NCBI GenBank assembly: GCA_964016885.1
Contig: OZ024745.1
Coordinates: 76,136,001 to 76,200,000 of the forward strand
Length of the DNA: 64,000 nucleotides
Origin: Eledone cirrhosa
Lineage: Eukaryota
Direction: 5' to 3'
Under the pieces are notes generated by a model. That model was not told where the DNA came from. It worked only from the letters and a program-made list of their open reading frames with translations, and ran no database searches. Both the position numbers and the translations under genes were made by a program. Shown here one piece after another: positions 56,201-64,000 of the stretch (positions are counted from its first letter, which is position 1; each line of letters opens with the position of its first letter).

Positions 56201-59200
56201 ACAGTAGTATGTATATATATATATACATACATGCACACATATATATATGCACGTATGGATTCACCGAACATTTATTATAATGCTCGGTGTGTTTGTAAAC
56301 AAACATCCCGTATTAAGCCGTAGTGTCTAGCAACCACCGTTGCTCGTTTGTTCAACACTGACAAAGGAACGCTTGTACTAGTTTCAAGCTTGTTAGCTAT
56401 CGTCAGCAACGTATACCTTCCTGCCAGATTGTTGAACGTATATACTTACCTTATGCAAATTAACGGCTGAATAGCCCAATATGCATATCGAGTGGGTTAA
56501 TCGGACCGGGTGCACCGAAACGATAAACGGAAAAAATGAAACGATATTTCATTTCCCACTCTTAGTACGGCTGTTACTTAATTATAAAGTATGTACACGT
56601 ACATACATATATGTATACCGACGTACAGTAGTATGTATATATATATATACATACATGCACACATATATATATGCACGTATGGATTCACCGAACATTTATT
56701 ATAATGCTCGGTGTGTTTGTAACAAACATCCCGTATAAGCCGTAGTGTCTAGCAACCACCGTTGCTCGTTTGTTCAACACTGACAAAGGAACGCTGTACT
56801 AGTTTCAAGCTTGTTAGCTATCGTCAGCAACGTATACCTTTCCTGCCAGATTGTTGAACGTATATACTTACCTTATGCATATTAACGGCTGAATAGCCCA
56901 ATATGCATATCGAGTGGGTTAATCGGCCGGGTGCACCGAAAAACGATAAACGGAAAAAATGAAACGATATTTCATTTCCCACTCTTAGTACGGCTGTTAC
57001 TTAAAATATAAGTATGTACAACGTACATACATATATGTATACCGACGTACAGTAGTATGTATATATAATATATACATACATGCACACATATATATATGCA
57101 CGTATGGATTCACCGAACATTTATTATAATGCTCGGTGTGTTTGTAAACCAAACATCCCGTATTAAGCCGTAGTGTCCATAGCAACCACCGTTGCTCGTT
57201 TGTTCAACACTGACAAAGGAACGCTGTACTAGTTTCAAGCTTGTTAGCTATCGTCAGCAACGTATACCTTCCTGCCAGATTGTTGAACTTATATACTTAC
57301 CTTATGCATATTAACGGCTGAATAGCCCAATATGCATATCGAGTGGGTTAATCGGCCGGGTGCACCGAAAACGATAAACGGAAAAAATGAAACGATATTT
57401 CATTTCCCACTCTTAGTACGGCTGTTACTTAAATATAAGTATGTACACGTACATACATATATGTATACCGACGTACAGTAGTATGTATATATATATATAC
57501 ATACATGCACACATATATATATGCACGTATGGATTCACCGAACATTTATTATAATGCTCGGTGTGTTTGTAAACAAACATCCCGTATTAAGCCGTAGTGT
57601 CTAGCAACCACCGTTGCTCGTTTGTTCAACACTGACAAAGGAACGCTGTACTAGTTTCAAGCTTGTTAGCTATCGTCAGCAACGTATACCTTCCTGCCAG
57701 ATTGTTGAACATATATACTTACCTTATGCATATTAACGGCTGAATAGCCCAATATGCATATCGAGTGGGTTAATCGGCCGGGTGCACCGAAAACGATAAA
57801 CGGAAAAAAATGAAACGATATTTCATTTCCCACTCTTAGTACGGCTGTTACTTAAATATAAGTATGTACACGTACATACATATATGTATACCGACGTACA
57901 GTAGTATGTATATATATATATACATACATGCACACATATATATATGCACGTATGGATTCACCGAACATTTATTATAATGCTCGGTGTGTTTGTAAACAAA
58001 CATCCCGTATTAAGCCGTAGTGTCTAGCAACCACCGTTGCTCGTTTGTTCAACACTGACAAAGGAACGCTGTACTAGTTTCAAGCTTGTTAGCTATCGTC
58101 AGCAACGTATACCTTCCTGCCAGATTGTTGAACGTATATACTTACCTTATGCATATTAACGGCTGAATAGCCCAATATGCATATCGAGTGGGTTAATCGG
58201 CCGGGTGCACCGAAAACGATAAACGGAAAAAATGAAACGATATTTCATTTCCCACTCTTAGTACGGCTGTTACTTAAATATAAGTATGTACACGTACATA
58301 CATATATGTATACCGACGTACAGTAGTATGTATATATATATATACATACATGCACACATATATATATGCACGTATGGATTCACCGAACATTTATTATAAT
58401 GCTCGGTGTGTTTGTAAACAAACATCCCGTATTAAGCCGTAGTGTCTAGCAACCACCGTTGCTCGTTTGTTCAACACTGACAAAGGAACGCTGTACTAGT
58501 TTCAAGCTTGTTAGCTATCGTCAGCAACGTATACCTTCCTGCCAGATTGTTGAACGTATATACTTACCTTATGCATATTAACGGCTGAATAGCCCAATAT
58601 GCATATCGAGTGGGTTAATCGGCCGGGTGCACCGAAAACGATAAACGGAAAAAATGAAACGATATTTCATTTCCCACTCTTAGTACGGCTGTTACTTAAA
58701 TATAAGTATGTACACGTACATACATATATGTATACCGACGTACAGTAGTATGTATATATATATATACATACATGCACACATATATATATGCACGTATGGA
58801 TTCACCGAACATTTATTATAATGCTCGGTGTGTTTGTAAACAAACATCCCGTATTAAGCCGTAGTGTCTAGCAACCACCGTTGCTCGTTTGTTCAACACT
58901 GACAAAGGAACGCTGTACTAGTTTCAAGCTTGTTAGCTATCGTCAGCAACGTATACCTTCCTGCCAGATTGTTGAACGTATATACTTACCTTATGCATAT
59001 TAACGGCTGAATAGCCCAATATGCATATCGAGTGGGTTAATCGGCCGGGTGCACCGAAAACGATAAACGGAAAAAATGAAACGATATTTCATTTCCCACT
59101 CTTAGTACGGCTGTTACTTAAATATAAGTATGTACACGTACATACATATATGTATACCGACGTACAGTAGTATGTATATATATATATACATACATGCACA

Positions 59201-59976
59201 CATATATATATGCACGTATGGATTCACCGAACATTTATTATAATGCTCGGTGTGTTTGTAAACAAACATCCCGTATTAAGCCGTAGTGTCTAGCAACCAC
59301 CGTTGCTCGTTTGTTCAACACTGACAAAGGAACGCTGTACTAGTTTCAAGCTTGTTAGCTATCGTCAGCAACGTATACCTTCCTGCCAGATTGTTGAACG
59401 TATATACTTACCTTATGCATATTAACGGCTGAATAGCCCAATATGCATATCGAGTGGGTTAATCGGCCGGGTGCACCGAAAACGATAAACGGAAAAAATG
59501 AAACGATATTTCATTTCCCACTCTTAGTACGGCTGTTACTTAAATATAAGTATGTACACGTACATACATATATGTATACCGACGTACAGTAGTATGTATA
59601 TATATATATATACATACATGCACACATATATATATGCACGTATGGATTCACCGAACATTTATTATAATGCTCGGTGTGTTTGTAAACAAACATCCCGTAT
59701 TAAGCCGTAGTGTCTAGCAACCACCGTTGCTCGTTTGTTCAACACTGACAAAGGAACGCTGTACTAGTTTCAAGCTTGTTAGCTATCGTCAGCAACGTAT
59801 ACCTTCCTGCCAGATTGTTGAACGTATATACTTACCTTATGCATATTAACGGCTGAATAGCCCAATATGCATATCGAGTGGGTTAATCGGCCGGGTGCAC
59901 CGAAAACGATAAACGGAAAAAATGAAACGATATTTCATTTCCCACTCTTAGTACGGCTGTTACTTAAATATAAGTA
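53205..59976 (-). repeat. Tandem array of a 422-bp hammerhead-containing unit, left arm (~16 units, ribozyme on the minus strand)
   Basis: Landmark TGCACCGAAA at 57361, 57783, 58206, 58628 and 59050 gives a period of 422-423. Each unit contains ACGCTGTACTAGTTTCAAGCTTGTTAGCTATCGTCAGCAACGT. Confidence 0.97.
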
Positions 59977-62900
59977 CTGTACGTCGGTATACATATATGT
60001 ATGTACGTGTACATACTTATATTTAAGTAACAGCCGTACTAAGAGTGGGAAATGAAATATCGTTTCATTTTTTCCGTTTATCGTTTTCGGTGCACCCGGC
60101 CGATTAACCCACTCGATATGCATATTGGGCTATTCAGCCGTTAATATGCATAAGGTAAGTATATACGTTCAACAATCTGGCAGGAAGGTATACGTTGCTG
60201 ACGATAGCTAACAAGCTTGAAACTAGTACAGCGTTCCTTTGTCAGTGTTGAACAAACGAGCAACGGTGGTTGCTAGACACTACGGCTTAATACGGGATGT
60301 TTGTTTACAAACACACCGAGCATTATAATAAATGTTCGGTGAATCCATACGTGCATATATATATGTGTGCATGTATGTATATATATATATACATACTACT
60401 GTACGTCGGTATACATATATGTATGTACGTGTACATACTTATATTTAAGTAACAGCCGTACTAAGAGTGGGAAATGAAATATCGTTTCATTTTTTCCGTT
60501 TATCGTTTTCGGTGCACCCGGCCGATTAACCCACTCGATATGCATATTGGGCTATTCAGCCGTTAATATGCATAAGGTAAGTATATACGTTCAACAATCT
60601 GGCAGGAAGGTATACGTTGCTGACGATAGCTAACAAGCTTGAAACTAGTACAGCGTTCCTTTGTCAGTGTTGAACAAACGAGCAACGGTGGTTGCTAGAC
60701 ACTACGGCTTAATACGGGATGTTTGTTTACAAACACACCGAGCATTATAATAAATGTTCGGTGAATCCATACGTGCATATATATATGTGTGCATGTATGT
60801 ATATATATATATACATACTACTGTACGTCGGTATACATATATGTATGTACGTGTACATACTTATATTTAAGTAACAGCCGTACTAAGAGTGGGAAATGAA
60901 ATATCGTTTCATTTTTTCCGTTTATCGTTTTCGGTGCACCCGGCCGATTAACCCACTCGATATGCATATTGGGCTATTCAGCCGTTAATATGCATAAGGT
61001 AAGTATATACGTTCAACAATCTGGCAGGAAGGTATACGTTGCTGACGATAGCTAACAAGCTTGAAACTAGTACAGCGTTCCTTTGTCAGTGTTGAACAAA
61101 CGAGCAACGGTGGTTGCTAGACACTACGGCTTAATACGGGATGTTTGTTTACAAACACACCGAGCATTATAATAAATGTTCGGTGAATCCATACGTGCAT
61201 ATATATATGTGTGCATGTATGTATATATATATATACATACTACTGTACGTCGGTATACATATATGTATGTACGTGTACATACTTATATTTAAGTAACAGC
61301 CGTACTAAGAGTGGGAAATGAAATATCGTTTCATTTTTTCCGTTTATCGTTTTCGGTGCACCCGGCCGATTAACCCACTCGATATGCATATTGGGCTATT
61401 CAGCCGTTAATATGCATAAGGTAAGTATATACGTTCAACAATCTGGCAGGAAGGTATACGTTGCTGACGATAGCTAACAAGCTTGAAACTAGTACAGCGT
61501 TCCTTTGTCAGTGTTGAACAAACGAGCAACGGTGGTTGCTAGACACTACGGCTTAATACGGGATGTTTGTTTACAAACACACCGAGCATTATAATAAATG
61601 TTCGGTGAATCCATACGTGCATATATATATGTGTGCATGTATGTATATATATATATACATACTACTGTACGTCGGTATACATATATGTATGTACGTGTAC
61701 ATACTTATATTTAAGTAACAGCCGTACTAAGAGTGGGAAATGAAATATCGTTTCATTTTTTCCGTTTATCGTTTTCGGTGCACCCGGCCGATTAACCCAC
61801 TCGATATGCATATTGGGCTATTCAGCCGTTAATATGCATAAGGTAAGTATATACGTTCAACAATCTGGCAGGAAGGTATACGTTGCTGACGATAGCTAAC
61901 AAGCTTGAAACTAGTACAGCGTTCCTTTGTCAGTGTTGAACAAACGAGCAACGGTGGTTGCTAGACACTACGGCTTAATACGGGATGTTTGTTTACAAAC
62001 ACACCGAGCATTATAATAAATGTTCGGTGAATCCATACGTGCATATATATATGTGTGCATGTATGTATATATATATATACATACTACTGTACGTCGGTAT
62101 ACATATATGTATGTACGTGTACATACTTATATTTAAGTAACAGCCGTACTAAGAGTGGGAAATGAAATATCGTTTCATTTTTTCCGTTTATCGTTTTCGG
62201 TGCACCCGGCCGATTAACCCACTCGATATGCATATTGGGCTATTCAGCCGTTAATATGCATAAGGTAAGTATATACGTTCAACAATCTGGCAGGAAGGTA
62301 TACGTTGCTGACGATAGCTAACAAGCTTGAAACTAGTACAGCGTTCCTTTGTCAGTGTTGAACAAACGAGCAACGGTGGTTGCTAGACACTACGGCTTAA
62401 TACGGGATGTTTGTTTACAAACACACCGAGCATTATAATAAATGTTCGGTGAATCCATACGTGCATATATATATGTGTGCATGTATGTATATATATATAT
62501 ACATACTACTGTACGTCGGTATACATATATGTATGTACGTGTACATACTTATATTTAAGTAACAGCCGTACTAAGAGTGGGAAATGAAATATCGTTTCAT
62601 TTTTTTCCGTTTATCGTTTTCGGTGCACCCGGCCGATTAACCCACTCGATATGCATATTGGGCTATTCAGCCGTTAATATGCATAAGGTAAGTATATACG
62701 TTCAACAATCTGGCAGGAAGGTATACGTTGCTGACGATAGCTAACAAGCTTGAAACTAGTACAGCGTTCCTTTGTCAGTGTTGAACAAACGAGCAACGGT
62801 GGTTGCTAGACACTACGGCTTAATACGGGATGTTTGTTTACAAACACACCGAGCATTATAATAAATGTTCGGTGAATCCATACGTGCATATATATATGTG

Positions 62901-63036
62901 TGCATGTATGTATATATATATATACATACTACTGTACGTCGGTATACATATATGTATGTACGTGTACATACTTATATTTAAGTAACAGCCGTACTAAGAG
63001 TGGGAAATGAAATATCGTTTCATTTTTTCCGTTTAT
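59975..63036 (+). repeat. Same 422-bp array, inverted right arm (~7.25 units, ribozyme on the plus strand)
   Basis: Reverse complement of the left arm. CTGACGA cores at 60198, 60620, 61042, 61464, 61886, 62308 and 62731. Confidence 0.97.
60167..60253 (+). ncRNA. Type I hammerhead ribozyme motif (representative of 23 copies) with extended stem I
   Basis: ACGTTG(60192-97)-CTGACGA-T-AGCT(AACA)AGCT-T-GAAA-C(TA)G-TA-CAGCGT(60229-34). Stem I is extended by AAGG/CCTT, CTGGCA/TGTCAG and GTTCAACA/TGTTGAAC. Predicted cleavage at GUA, after 60228. Confidence 0.8.
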
Positions 63037-63138
63037 ATATATATATTTGTATATATATATATATTTGTATATATATATATATTTGTATATATATATATAT
63101 TTGTATATATATATATATATGTATATGTATGTATATAT

Positions 63139-63188
<50 letters not shown>

Positions 63189-63228
63189 GTATGTATATAT
63201 ATGTATATATGTTTATATATGTATATAT
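63037..63228. repeat. (TA)n/(TATTTG) microsatellite directly after the array end
   Basis: Direct inspection. Confidence 0.9.
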
Positions 63229-64000
63229 CTATCCCCCACATTTACGTATAGACATATCTTCTCACACACACACACTCACATACTTACACCTTCATGCATT
63301 CTCCCACACACTTAAACAGGCATGTAAAAAAAAAAAAAACCTTTTAAAGGGAGACTACTCTTTATCCACCTAACCTTAACTCTTTGACATTAGAGATAGA
63401 ACAGATACTCTATACCATTTCCTGTCAGCATGACTTGGCAAGCTATTTAGAACACTGATTTAACCACTTTACTTCCCTCCGAAGAAGAGATATTATCTCG
63501 AAAATTAAGGACATTTAAATAAACCTAAGGTAAAAGACTAATTGTCAACAATATCTTTTGCATTTGCATTCTTTATTCTATGTCCATACCTGCATTGTTT
63601 TGGCTTTATTATACATATACAAACGTTTATACCTCATTACACAATGCTTCAAGTGAACTATAACCTCCTCCTATATATATTTATGTATATATATGCAGAT
63701 ATATGTATGTTTATATATGTATATATATATATATAAATGAAAAGTATAGAAATTGTTGTAGCGAGAAGCTAACAGTATTCCAAAACATATGTCAAAATGG
63801 GAAAATAGTTAACATAAGATATGGGAAAAATAATTCAGACTCAATTCAAAAGGAATCAGGATATAGATTTATCCAACAGAATTTAGAGAAATCCAGGGAA
63901 AAATCAATAGAGCCTTAACTCATGATAAAACAAAGTCTAAAGTACTCAACCTTCAATTTGGGACAACTTCAAAAGCTCTGTATAGTCTTGAAAAGACTAT

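Noticed and set aside
53205-63036. Array considered as a CRISPR array, a 5S/tRNA/snRNA/spliced-leader gene cluster or a coding repeat
   Set aside because: There are no variable spacers, no recognisable 5S, tRNA or snRNA sequence, and the short ORFs are not preserved between units. The hammerhead interpretation explains the structure better, though an Rfam search is needed to exclude a small-RNA gene formally.

Overview
This is AT-rich, repeat-dense animal DNA; the SINE/RTE/(TA)n landscape suggests an octopus-like coleoid cephalopod (inference). Two small + strand exons of a KCNQ1/Kv7.1-like potassium channel gene (12537-12627, 32270-32396) match human KCNQ1 exons 2 and 3 in size and phase, so most of the window is probably intron. 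The introns hold four young RTE LINE copies with a PHD-like finger inside the RT, two older RTE fossils, two inverted CR1-group LINE copies, a Penelope-like element (RT + GIY-YIG, one in-frame TGA), a mariner fossil, a Helitron remnant, TTAA-flanked MITEs, tRNA-derived SINEs and kb-scale (TA/TG)n microsatellites. The main find is a ~9.8 kb tandem array of a 422-bp unit (53205-63036). Each unit carries a type I hammerhead ribozyme motif with a minimal palindromic stem III (23 copies), and the array reverses orientation at ~59975 to form a multi-kb palindrome. The neighbouring Penelope element has its own hammerhead motif, and short elements sharing its 3' terminus lie nearby. Together these suggest a retrozyme/Penelope self-cleaving-RNA system inside an ion-channel intron. 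A 200-N gap (53005-53204) and indel-rich early array copies mean assembly artefacts must be excluded.
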